IMG/VR virus record: IMGVR_UViG_3300042922_000279 | Coordinates: 1-48,965 of that record | Strand: one strand, 5' to 3' | Source: a virus | Taxonomy: Duplodnaviria > Caudoviricetes | Length of the DNA: 48,965 bases | Shown: positions 24,487 to 33,416 of the stretch, piece by piece | How the letters are laid out: each line of letters opens with the position of its first letter | Numbering within the stretch: position 1 is the first letter of the stretch | Notes under the pieces: model-generated | What the model was told of the DNA's origin: nothing | Database searches by the model: none | What the model saw: only the letters and a program-made list of their open reading frames with translations | Program-made: the position numbers and the translations under genes

Positions 24487-25365
24487 CTAAATTGCAGACA
24501 ATCTCTTGATAGTCTTTGCCCCGGCTCTTTCTCCGGTATCCTTATTATCCTTATTCCATCCCCAGAGCTTCCAGAGTATATAAACAGCCCTTATTGTATT
24601 CATATCATACATACCATTGACTTTTATTACTATACTGCTTCCATGTGCTTTGAGCTCTTTATTCACTTTGATCTGCAACCACTGTACATCATTTGTTGAG
24701 GATTTATTGCATATTGTTAATACCGGAACAGATAATGAAGTCATTATGTAGTTGTTGATACCCTCGGCTATTTCATCGGCACATTCCTGCCAATAATCCT
24801 CCTGGGTGATCATACTCTCTACCTCGTGTTGGTTGGTCATGAAGGCACATTCGCAAAGGATTGCCGCCTTTGTACCGAGGTTTTTACAATTACACATTGC
24901 AAGGGCTTGAGTTTTTACCCCTCTGCTTGTCTGCTTAGTGCCTTTAATCATCTCAAGTAGGACAAATTTAGCCATATTAAACGAGTCCCCAACTCTGGAT
25001 TTATCACTGTGGATCAGTACTTCTGTACCATTCCCCGAATTGTACTTTATTCCATCACCACAGGCATTTAAGTGAACACTGACAGAGTAATCACACTTTG
25101 CATTTTTAATCAACCTCTGACGATCAGATAAGCATACATCAATATCATCTGTTACTATGGTATTATCCCATGCCGATTTAATAACTGAATATCCCATGCC
25201 GATAAGGTTGTCCGCTAATCGTTTGCAGATATAGGTATTGATCCAGTGTTCCCGAACCTGGGTACCTTTTTTATAAGGACCGATATCCTTGGTAAGTTTG
25301 CAGGTGCGCTTGCCGGCTGTTTCTGATCCATGGCCAGAGTCTACCGCTATTTTAATCTGTGCCAT
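24487..25365 (-). CDS. Endolysin, N-acetylmuramoyl-L-alanine amidase (Amidase_3)
   Basis: DSGHG, E, SVHLNA, ILCECAFMTN; C-terminal cell-wall-binding-like region. Confidence 0.92.
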   Translation of the reverse strand: MAQIKIAVDSGHGSETAGKRTCKLTKDIGPYKKGTQVREHWINTYICKRLADNLIGMGYSVIKSAWDNTIVTDDIDVCLSDRQRLIKNAKCDYSVSVHLNACGDGIKYNSGNGTEVLIHSDKSRVGDSFNMAKFVLLEMIKGTKQTSRGVKTQALAMCNCKNLGTKAAILCECAFMTNQHEVESMITQEDYWQECADEIAEGINNYIMTSLSVPVLTICNKSSTNDVQWLQIKVNKELKAHGSSIVIKVNGMYDMNTIRAVYILWKLWGWNKDNKDTGERAGAKTIKRLSAI

Positions 25366-25696
25366 CCGGATCACCTTTATCCTTCGTAAATCTCTTATAT
25401 AATAAATTTAATTTTTCCCAGCCATACATGGCCACAAATGCCACAATAAATGCAATAACAAAACAGCCAGCTATGTAATACCATTGAATTTCAATATTGA
25501 AGTATGAGATATAAGCAAGGTATGCTACCAGACACACCACAATAGATAATACAATCACCTGCACATCTGTGGGTATCTTCTTCATTACCCCTATCCCTTT
25601 TGTTACTTCTGTGATTACCGACACCAAAAACGCTGCTAAACCGATTACTAACATAATTAATGCAATATTGTTCATTATCATTGTTAAAGCTTCCAT
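25352..25696 (-). CDS. Holin (3 TM)
   Basis: VSVITEVTK...IPTD...AFVAMYGWEK; adjacent to the lysin. Confidence 0.8.
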   Translation of the reverse strand: MEALTMIMNNIALIMLVIGLAAFLVSVITEVTKGIGVMKKIPTDVQVIVLSIVVCLVAYLAYISYFNIEIQWYYIAGCFVIAFIVAFVAMYGWEKLNLLYKRFTKDKGDPDGTD

Positions 25697-25716
25697 CAAA
25701 TCACCTAATCCCTTTC

Positions 25717-25950
25717 TTATTTTAAAATATTTGATTGCACCACATAAAAAAAGAAGCCCAATAAACTTGTGGCTCCTAATCCTATTAACCAATAAATTGC
25801 CTTTGTCTGATCCTCTAGCTTTTTACATAGATTATCGATTTTTACATCTCTTACAGCCTCATGTTTCTCAAGTTCGTCAATCCTATCACCGTGATTATCA
25901 ATTCTCTTTTCACAGGTTTCTACCCGTCTCACAAACAATTCCTCATTCAT
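25717..25950 (-). CDS. XhlA/hemolysin-like holin accessory protein
   Basis: Coiled coil plus C-terminal TM (IDNLCKKL...LLGFFFYVVQ). Confidence 0.85.
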   Translation of the reverse strand: MNEELFVRRVETCEKRIDNHGDRIDELEKHEAVRDVKIDNLCKKLEDQTKAIYWLIGLGATSLLGFFFYVVQSNILK

Positions 25951-25989
25951 TACATGCGTACCATCCTTTCATGATTTTTTATATTATAA

Positions 25990-26055
25990 AAGGCACCCCG
26001 TAGGATGCCTTGAATTTTATTTAAGCAAAATAAAAGGAACCTTATAAGAGTTCCT
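25990..26055 (-). terminator. Two tandem terminators upstream of the lysis genes
   Basis: AAGGCATCC-tacg-GGGTGCCTTTT and AGGAACTCT..AGGTTCCTTTT on minus. Confidence 0.65.
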
Positions 26056-26151
26056 GAATTGCTTTTGTTTCATATTATATTTTATTAGAGGTAAACTTAC
26101 CTCTTGCATTCTGCGTTTAGCATAATGTTTGTGGTAAGTTGTAGCGAAGTT

Positions 26152-26256
26152 TTACTTTCTTCTACTACATTTTGGTCTACTTGCCGCTATCATCCAACAG
26201 ATATTGTTTATTATCTGTAATAAGATGAAAGCGAAGAATATTACTTCTTGCTTCAT
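26152..26256 (-). CDS. 34-aa hydrophobic peptide with basic tail (not in ORF track)
   Basis: RBS GGAGG; MKQEVIFFAFILLQIINNICWMIAASRPKCSRRK. Confidence 0.5.
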   Translation of the reverse strand: MKQEVIFFAFILLQIINNICWMIAASRPKCSRRK

Positions 26257-26438
26257 AGATCATTTCCTCCATATTTAATTTTAAGATTAGATTGTTACTT
26301 TCTAACATTAACATATCACCAGTTCTAACTCAATATGTATAATCTGGTAATTCTTTATCTAAACGTACTCATCGTAAGTTGGTTTGATATTAGATTAACT
26401 TGCATATAATTTATTGATAACTCCTGGAGGCACAAGTA

Positions 26439-26580
26439 ATGGTGCTACTGGGGTGGTTTGATCGGTATACTCGTAGGATCTATGATAAGTATATTTTCAT
26501 TGATAGGTATTATAAAGCTCCTATCATCTAAAGATGAAAAACCAATTATTAAAGAAGATGACAACACCCCCGGTCACTAA
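26439..26580 (+). pseudogene. Frameshifted small membrane-peptide gene
   Basis: RBS GGAGG and ATG 26439; removing one T in TGGTTTGAT gives a 46-aa TM peptide ending at a hairpin (26564-92). Confidence 0.4.
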
Positions 26581-26626
26581 GACTAGGGGTGTAATTGATT
26601 GTATTCTGTAGTTCTCTTCTAATTAC

Positions 26627-26821
26627 TTAAAATCTTTTAGTGACATTCTTGCAATTATCAATATCACCTAATAATCTTTTGCATATCGCGCATGTTGGAT
26701 CTGGCAATCCATCTTCATGAATTATTGCATGCTTTGCTAATTCCTTTTCATACTCAGCTTTGCTTCTGTCTGTTTTGATTATTTCATTGATTGGTAGATC
26801 TAAATCACCGTTAGGCATCAA
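26627..26821 (-). CDS. Hypothetical moron protein (H..CxxC..C)
   Basis: 64 aa, RBS AAGGGGG. Confidence 0.6.
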   Translation of the reverse strand: MMPNGDLDLPINEIIKTDRSKAEYEKELAKHAIIHEDGLPDPTCAICKRLLGDIDNCKNVTKRF

Positions 26822-27030
26822 TAATCCCCCTTTTTGAAATGGTTAATTTCAGTACACTTGACTATTAAACCATTAATCTATATTTTTGTAAATATCAACT
26901 ACAGTGGGAAACCTTGAATTTAATTATAACTGGTTACAACTTATTTATTGTTAATTTTCATTCATAATTTATTTATACATTTATTGTTAATATTCTATTT
27001 AAAAGGCGCGAGAAACTTTGAGAATGAAAT

Positions 27031-27684
27031 TTATCTTGATATTTTAATTGTTATATTCTGATTGCATGTCTCAGGATGACGTGCAGCGGCGGATTTAAGA
27101 TATTCTATAACTGTTCTTTTTACAGATGGTAAGTTATAATTAATACAATTATTTATTTGATATATAAATTTTTCTTTTAAATCATCTAAATTCTTAGAGT
27201 TTCCCGTAAAGATCGGTATGAATTCACCTTCATTTAGTTCTTTTATGAAGTAACATGATTCAGACGGATTTATTTTATCAGCTGCGATATAAACTATCTT
27301 CGGTATGTTGTTCTGACATGCTGCAATAGTTACAACGCACCTTCCATTAATAATATCGTTATCACTATAAACCTCGTTTTGTATGAAATTATAAGTCTTC
27401 ATAAATAAATCATTTATTTCGGTATTTTTCTCTTCTTGTTCTTCTAAGAACATCAACAACTTATCAGTAAGTAATACATTAAAGTGACCCGCCATACCTA
27501 TTAACATATTACTGATTTTAAATATTTTCTTGCTATCTTCTTCAATAGAGCAGATATTATATATTGGTTCTAGATCATCCGTATAATCTACAGTAGAATT
27601 AACTCTTTTTGAATCAGATCCTATTAATACATAAGGTTTTAATCCATTGCTTGGTCTTACGGCTATCGTTACTAAAACACTCAT
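27031..27684 (-). CDS. Ntn-hydrolase / proteasome beta-subunit-like protein, 217 aa
   Basis: MSVLVTIA...VLIGSDSKR...KKIFKI..MLIGMAG matches the S/T1, D-S-x-R, KI, GxAG pattern. Confidence 0.65.
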   Translation of the reverse strand: MSVLVTIAVRPSNGLKPYVLIGSDSKRVNSTVDYTDDLEPIYNICSIEEDSKKIFKISNMLIGMAGHFNVLLTDKLLMFLEEQEEKNTEINDLFMKTYNFIQNEVYSDNDIINGRCVVTIAACQNNIPKIVYIAADKINPSESCYFIKELNEGEFIPIFTGNSKNLDDLKEKFIYQINNCINYNLPSVKRTVIEYLKSAAARHPETCNQNITIKISR

Positions 27685-27746
27685 AATATAACCCCACTTT
27701 CTCATAATAACAGTATTATAATACTTATGGATTATATTTCCAACCA

Positions 27747-27977
27747 TTATTTTGATTTTATTTTATAAAATTCGCCATTGAAAAATATTTCTAAATCGTT
27801 GAAACTAGTAGATTTTAGTTCTTGTGGTGTTGCGCTTAAGTAATTATCCTCTGACTTGTACCAAATTCCTAGTTTGAACAGCACATTCAAAATACCTTTT
27901 TCGTATTTCACATCATCTGAATTGAATGCACCAATTTCAGCTCCTTTTGAATTTATAATTATATATTCAAATACCAT
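27747..27977 (-). CDS. Hypothetical moron protein
   Basis: 76 aa, RBS AAGGAGG, AT-rich, upstream of the Ntn-hydrolase gene. Confidence 0.7.
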   Translation of the reverse strand: MVFEYIIINSKGAEIGAFNSDDVKYEKGILNVLFKLGIWYKSEDNYLSATPQELKSTSFNDLEIFFNGEFYKIKSK

Positions 27978-28312
27978 TAAAATGAGTACCTCCTTAGTCT
28001 TTAATAAATTACCTGGTTTGTTTGCAGAAACTTATCTGCTAAAATAATACTTTCCTTAATATGATAATAATTAACCTTTACTGTTTAGTTCGATGTTTGA
28101 AGTATCGTATGTTATTAAAAAGTTTATAATTAAAAAGATTGACCGGAGCTTTTATTGGCTCAGGTCGTAATATGGCCTAAACTATACACATAACTCTATT
28201 TTTACTACACATTTTGATCCGTAAAATGAACTTATGGCTTGATATGTAAGGCTTTTCAGCTTGTATTTCAAATACACAATTGCGACGTAACATGTACGTT
28301 GGTGTGTGTATT

Positions 28313-28483
28313 ATGACTAAGCTTAGTAATAATAAAAAGATCAGGATGGATATAACAATTGATCCTGATCTGCAGGAGAGAATGATTAAAGTCTGCCAGG
28401 CAGAGGAACGGTCAATGTCCAACCTGATCACCATAGCATTAAAGCAGTACATAGCAGCCTACAAAAAGGAGAAGGGAGCCTAA
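28313..28483 (+). CDS. CopG/Arc-type ribbon-helix-helix regulator
   Basis: IRMDITIDPDLQERM...AEERSMSNLITIALKQYI. Confidence 0.85.
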   Translation: MTKLSNNKKIRMDITIDPDLQERMIKVCQAEERSMSNLITIALKQYIAAYKKEKGA

Positions 28484-28499
28484 CGGCTCCTTTCTTTTG
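28468..28499 (+). terminator. Terminator between the RHH gene and the tRNA-like RNA
   Basis: AGAAGGGAGCC-taac-GGCTCCTTTCTTTT. Confidence 0.8.
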
Positions 28500-28624
28500 T
28501 TGTGCGGGCAAGGATTTGCACCTTGCATAGTCTTGTTCATCTGCAATAATTTAGAATTGATACAGGTACCACTTCTAATAAGACCTTTTTGCTATTAAGC
28601 GTCTACTTCTTCCGCCACCGCATA
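28500..28624 (-). ncRNA. tRNA-like RNA (Leu-type D arm, T arm and acceptor stem, with enlarged structured middle)
   Basis: TATGCGG-TGGCGGAAGAAGTAGACGC...GCAAGGTGCAAATCCTTGC-CCGCACA; no canonical anticodon arm, no CCA. Confidence 0.7.
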
Positions 28625-28696
28625 TTATCATGTGTACATTATACACATATATACTTATTTAATACGTAATACTACACAGTTTCATCCGACTGCGTA

Positions 28697-30517
28697 CTAA
28701 CCTTTAATTAATGAAAAATTCCATGTTTGGCTTGCTAGGGTAATAGGACTAGCCGTTGCATTGTAAAATCTTACTTTTCCCACTGTGGAATTTATCATAA
28801 AGCAATACATCACCCCTGCCTCTAAAGGTGCCGGAGGATTGCCTGTTAATACATCATTTATCGTCATGGTGGAATTAACTGCAATATCAACACAAGAATT
28901 AGCGGGTATTGTTGCGGTTATTGTTTTCGTAAAATTCTTAACTTCTGCATATTCTAAAAATTCGCTCCATGCATTTGTACTTAACCATGTCCGTTTAAAG
29001 GTTTTTCCACTGATAACACAATGATATTCTTGATATGGATATGTTGAAGTAAAAGCATAATTTGTTATCAGTGTTCCTGCGCTGTTTTTAGGAAATCCAG
29101 CCTTGCCACTTTCTGATATAGGTGTTATTGTAATTCTTCCTTGCTCAAAGTCACTCAAAACAGATGTAAAACTATATGTATCTATACCAGTAACTTTAGG
29201 CAAATTTTTATTAGCCTTCGAATGCATGATACCATCTGCATCCAGTATTGTGTATTCTGCATTGGTTTCTCTTGCTGTGTAGTCGCCTATATCAATTAAA
29301 TTTCCTATATTATCTAATCCTTCAGATATATTAACCCATTCAATATTATGAGTATTAGCATAATCAATTACTGCATTTATCTTTGCTGCATCAAATGATG
29401 TGTATTGGCTATGTGTCATAAATACAATCCAGCCGTTGTTTGCAATCGCTTCATCAATAAAGGCGGTGTAGGACTCCACCGTGTCCATTTCACCTGTGCC
29501 CGGCATTAATGGCTGTCTTGATAATTTAAACGTTTCTATGGGTGCTGTATTTACACCATCTGCTGTATATATACCTGTTCTGCAATATTCCCTACATACT
29601 TGTCTTACAATTTCATTTTGCGATCCTCCAGGATACACCATGATATCAAATGAATATCCTTTTGCTTTTAGTATTTCAGTGCTACTCTTAAACTCTGTTC
29701 TGACCAAATCTTCCGTAAGTTCACCTAAATTAGGGTGAGTATGTGAATGATTTACCAATTCGACACCGTAATCTTTTTTTAATAACCCTAATTGATCCCA
29801 TGTCATGTAGCTACCTAAACCTGGAAAGCTTGTTACAACTGCAATACTAATTTTAAAATCTTTTTCCTCTAATATCGGTACCCATTTAGTTAAAAATTCA
29901 ACTCTGCCATCATCATCTATTATTGATATCATTGGCTTTCTGTTACGTCTAGATATCAATTCTCTGTTCATATTCGTCGCTGTTTCTGCCAACAGGCCAT
30001 TAAAAGTGGTGGTAAAACCACTTACATCTGTTTCGAGTTTAGATACATCCTCGGCCAGAGCAAGAGCTCCTGTACCGGCTTTAATTGTTGTACTTGATGC
30101 TGCTGCCACGGTCGCATAATTCTCTAAGATAATTGTCGCTATGTTATTACTATCGTATGCCGGGAAGTAATCCCCTTTTCCATTGATGGCTGTGGTGATG
30201 GAGTATAAGATCATTCCCTCAATGGGATCCTGAGCAAACAATCCTATTTCCGTTATGTAGTAACCTTCAGCAAGTCCTTCATTTGAGAGAAGAGTTTTTA
30301 GTTTCACTGTTGTAGTATCTTCAATCGTGATACTACTGATATTGAACTCTTGCTTCATGTTAAGAAGCGCAGTTGCATTTACCAAATTTTCTAAGCCGGT
30401 ATATACTCCATTTCCAGTCTTGATTTTTGTAAATTGCATAGTTGCGGTACCTGCTTGTACCTTTGCGATTAATGCCCTTCCTTTCGTTGTAATTACTGAT
30501 GCATTTAATTTTGCCAT
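28697..30517 (-). CDS. Tail fibre / receptor-binding protein with polysaccharide deacetylase (CE4/NodB) domain
   Basis: N-terminal tail-collar fibre domain (ITTKGRALIAK..EIGLFA..ILYS); IDDDG, HSHTH, YPGG and FMTH motifs. Confidence 0.85.
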   Translation of the reverse strand: MAKLNASVITTKGRALIAKVQAGTATMQFTKIKTGNGVYTGLENLVNATALLNMKQEFNISSITIEDTTTVKLKTLLSNEGLAEGYYITEIGLFAQDPIEGMILYSITTAINGKGDYFPAYDSNNIATIILENYATVAAASSTTIKAGTGALALAEDVSKLETDVSGFTTTFNGLLAETATNMNRELISRRNRKPMISIIDDDGRVEFLTKWVPILEEKDFKISIAVVTSFPGLGSYMTWDQLGLLKKDYGVELVNHSHTHPNLGELTEDLVRTEFKSSTEILKAKGYSFDIMVYPGGSQNEIVRQVCREYCRTGIYTADGVNTAPIETFKLSRQPLMPGTGEMDTVESYTAFIDEAIANNGWIVFMTHSQYTSFDAAKINAVIDYANTHNIEWVNISEGLDNIGNLIDIGDYTARETNAEYTILDADGIMHSKANKNLPKVTGIDTYSFTSVLSDFEQGRITITPISESGKAGFPKNSAGTLITNYAFTSTYPYQEYHCVISGKTFKRTWLSTNAWSEFLEYAEVKNFTKTITATIPANSCVDIAVNSTMTINDVLTGNPPAPLEAGVMYCFMINSTVGKVRFYNATASPITLASQTWNFSLIKG

Positions 30518-30536
30518 GTTCTTTATTTCCTCCCTC

Positions 30537-31109
30537 TTAAAGGCCACTGTCCTTTACCGTGATTTTTGGTATATAAACGATACCAGAAGCATTGAAATTA
30601 CTTTCATAACTGTCATCTATAAAATATATCTTAGTAAGATGAGACCGGATATTCTTTACCTTCTGGATCATAGATGTGAATTTATTCACGGTATCAAGTG
30701 TTAGCTGTGCTTTTGTCTCAATTTCAAACGTTCCTGGTGTACCTGCACCACCTTCAAAATTGAACCATTCAATTATCTTTCCTGATCCAAGTAATGTAGA
30801 TACAAGTTCTTCCACTGCCAGCGGAGTTCCTGCATATCGGTACCACATTAAGGTGTTTTGAATAATGTTTCGCTTAGTCTCTATCGGTAGCGCTTCATCA
30901 TAATAATGCGCTCGAAGCTCAATAGCCAATTCATCAAGAATATTATGCTGTAACTCATGGATAGCAGCATAAGATCTACCCTGTTTAGCAAAATCTTGTA
31001 GCTTTTGCATTTGAATTTTTATTGCATAGCTCAGAGCTTGTACATCCGGTGAAGAATTAATATTGATTGGTAAAATGTTTGAAATCTCTGAGTCATAAAG
31101 ACTAATCAT
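30537..31109 (-). CDS. Baseplate/tail protein, P2 gpI-like
   Basis: LDELAIEL...GTPLAVE...EWF...VKNIRSHL. Confidence 0.85.
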   Translation of the reverse strand: MISLYDSEISNILPININSSPDVQALSYAIKIQMQKLQDFAKQGRSYAAIHELQHNILDELAIELRAHYYDEALPIETKRNIIQNTLMWYRYAGTPLAVEELVSTLLGSGKIIEWFNFEGGAGTPGTFEIETKAQLTLDTVNKFTSMIQKVKNIRSHLTKIYFIDDSYESNFNASGIVYIPKITVKDSGL

Positions 31110-32253
31110 TTTCAATCCCTCCATATGTCACAGTTTTTGTTGTAACATTCGCTATGGATGTATCCGTTACCTCTGTATGCACTGGTGTATTTATTACTAT
31201 TCGTTTTGCACCTGCTGCCATCATTAATCTTATTAATTCCGATGGATTGATGTCTCTACCTATCTTTCCATCCTGCCATTTTGTATAGTTCAGCACGGCT
31301 GCTTCTACTGCAGTTTGGATTGATGTTGCTCTGCTTGAGTCACTCTTATTAATATAATAAACCACATCAATCGAATAGCTAACGATATCAGGAGCTGCGA
31401 CCGTCAGCCTATCCGTTAATGGTCTTTTTTTAGTATCACTTAGATAATCACTCAGTGCTTGGATTGTGGTTGCATCCGGGATCACTCCACCTTCCATAAT
31501 AAAACGAAGATCAACTTCACATGGATTTTCGGATATAACCTTTACATCTAATATCTTCTGACTGTAAGATTTTGCCCAATATATATATGCATCTTCTGGT
31601 CCCGCTGTGCTATAGCTGGATGGTGCAAGGAATGTACGTTCCGCTAGGCTAATATCTGACTCACTCTCAGTTCCACCGGAACTTATAGTAGTATTTGATA
31701 CAGAAGCTACATACCCAATAGCATTAGCTAAGACTGTTATTTCCCCTACTACAAAATCATTGCCGATCGTGCCATCCGTAGTACATTCCATGATGATATC
31801 AATATAAGTATCACCTGCAGGTATTTCTTTGTATTCCGTGGTTTCAAAATATATGTTTCCAGCTGATACTCTCGTACCGGTTGGTATCGATACTGCAGAT
31901 GACCTTGCTTCAGATAAGGTGAACCTCACTGTTACAATAGCTGGTTTCGCAGCTGTCCTGTAAACACCCTTCAAGGCTGCAACATTATCTAAAAACTCAC
32001 CATAGGAGTATTTTAAAAGATCCTGTTTTCCAGCTCTATCTATGTATTGATATCCCTGATAAATCATTATCGCACAAGCATTTAAGATAATTCTGTTAGG
32101 ATCTGCTTTGGCCAGAGTTATCCGTCTACCAGTTATCTCCTCATACTTTGTCTGATAAAGATTAATCATTTCTGTCAGTACATCATCTAATGTTGTATCA
32201 TCGATAAAAGATACATCCGGAAGGCTGTCTATTGGTGCTAAGATATCTGTCAT
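31102..32253 (-). CDS. Baseplate J-like protein
   Basis: GEFLDNVA...GG.E.ESD...STAGPEDAY...RPLTD. Confidence 0.9.
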   Translation of the reverse strand: MTDILAPIDSLPDVSFIDDTTLDDVLTEMINLYQTKYEEITGRRITLAKADPNRIILNACAIMIYQGYQYIDRAGKQDLLKYSYGEFLDNVAALKGVYRTAAKPAIVTVRFTLSEARSSAVSIPTGTRVSAGNIYFETTEYKEIPAGDTYIDIIMECTTDGTIGNDFVVGEITVLANAIGYVASVSNTTISSGGTESESDISLAERTFLAPSSYSTAGPEDAYIYWAKSYSQKILDVKVISENPCEVDLRFIMEGGVIPDATTIQALSDYLSDTKKRPLTDRLTVAAPDIVSYSIDVVYYINKSDSSRATSIQTAVEAAVLNYTKWQDGKIGRDINPSELIRLMMAAGAKRIVINTPVHTEVTDTSIANVTTKTVTYGGIEND

Positions 32254-32254
32254 T

Positions 32255-32593
32255 TTATTCATCTCCTTCTTCATCAACTTCGTTATCTGTAGTCTCTGAT
32301 CTAGTTATTAATACGTTAGGAATGAGAACTCCATTAACTGTACTTGTGAATGTAACCTCTTGTACTTTAACTCTTGGCTCGTATGTTTCCGTTTTTTCTA
32401 CTATTTCAATTGAAATCATATTTTGTGCAACATCCAATGGATACCCCACAAAGTCAGTATCAAGACCGAATTCTCTGTCTAAAGGAACTGTTCCGACCGG
32501 AGTTTCATATAACATATTAAGGTTTCTTGCTATCTCCTCAATCTCAGGTCCAGTATAATCAAATGCTATTACTATCTTTGATGTATCAATCAT
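32255..32593 (-). CDS. Baseplate wedge gpW/gp25-like
   Basis: TPVGTVPLDREFG...YEPRV. Confidence 0.85.
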   Translation of the reverse strand: MIDTSKIVIAFDYTGPEIEEIARNLNMLYETPVGTVPLDREFGLDTDFVGYPLDVAQNMISIEIVEKTETYEPRVKVQEVTFTSTVNGVLIPNVLITRSETTDNEVDEEGDE

Positions 32594-32604
32594 TTTATCC
32601 TCCT

Positions 32605-33003
32605 TTACAGATATTCCTCTAATGTGATTGATAGGGTGGCTTTAAGTAACTCACCTTTACTCATAACAGTATCCCATGTTTCGCTAATCGATGTCATTTT
32701 CCATTGATTTTTTCCGACTTTCTTTCCACCAATAACAAATGGTTCTGTATTTCCGTTCTCCACCATCTTCTCTATGGCTTCCATTGTTTTACGAGGCTTG
32801 ACACCATGCAGTGCGCTCAAAGTAATCTTGAATGTAATTTTTCTTAAGTCTGAACCCAAAAATTCAGATTGTGGCTTTTTCAGTATTCGATCATGAATTG
32901 CCCATCTTCCACTGACCGTTTGTGATAGATCATTAAAATTTAGGATTTTTTGATCACTTGTACTGAACACAATTGTTTTGCCAAGATTTCCTATTGTTGC
33001 CAT
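32605..33003 (-). CDS. P2 gpU-like tail protein
   Basis: RWAIH...KPQSEFLG...ITLEEY. Confidence 0.85.
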   Translation of the reverse strand: MATIGNLGKTIVFSTSDQKILNFNDLSQTVSGRWAIHDRILKKPQSEFLGSDLRKITFKITLSALHGVKPRKTMEAIEKMVENGNTEPFVIGGKKVGKNQWKMTSISETWDTVMSKGELLKATLSITLEEYL

Positions 33004-33015
33004 ATGCCTCACTCC

Positions 33016-33399
33016 TTACATGATTGTTGTATTCAAATTTGTTTGAACCTTTACGGTATCTGCTTTTATTGTTAATTCCTTTGTATTGGAGTCATATCTC
33101 AGGTATGCTTCCCCCGGTAACATCCCTAATTCCTTTCTGTAAACTCCTTTTCCTGTCTCTGCAGGTTTATTGCTGTTACTCCAAAAAGTACCAACGATTA
33201 TACCCATTGACGCTCCATTCGATAGGTGTAACACTAGCACCATATCTCCAATATTCGGCATCTTATATTCGCCATTCATACTGAGGAAAGGGAGATCTTT
33301 CGTTACTGCATTATCCTTGTCAGCATAGACTACCTTAATCATCCCTTTGTTATAATCAATACTAGATACTCTTCCAACTCTGATGTTCTCTGCTGCCAT
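33016..33399 (-). CDS. Baseplate spike, gpV-like
   Basis: RVGRVSSID...MPNIGDMVLVL...GIIVG OB-fold. Confidence 0.85.
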   Translation of the reverse strand: MAAENIRVGRVSSIDYNKGMIKVVYADKDNAVTKDLPFLSMNGEYKMPNIGDMVLVLHLSNGASMGIIVGTFWSNSNKPAETGKGVYRKELGMLPGEAYLRYDSNTKELTIKADTVKVQTNLNTTIM

Positions 33400-33416
33400 T
33401 GAATTCTCTCCTTAAA

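Noticed and set aside
28177-28452. 91-aa minus ORF
   Set aside because: Antisense to the clear RHH gene
28500-28624. Functional tRNA-Leu gene or tRNA attachment site
   Set aside because: No anticodon stem-loop, altered T loop, no CCA; the integrase is a serine type with its own attP
28697-30517. Diversity-generating retroelement or invertible tail-fibre cassette
   Set aside because: No reverse transcriptase, no template/variable repeat pair and no invertase seen
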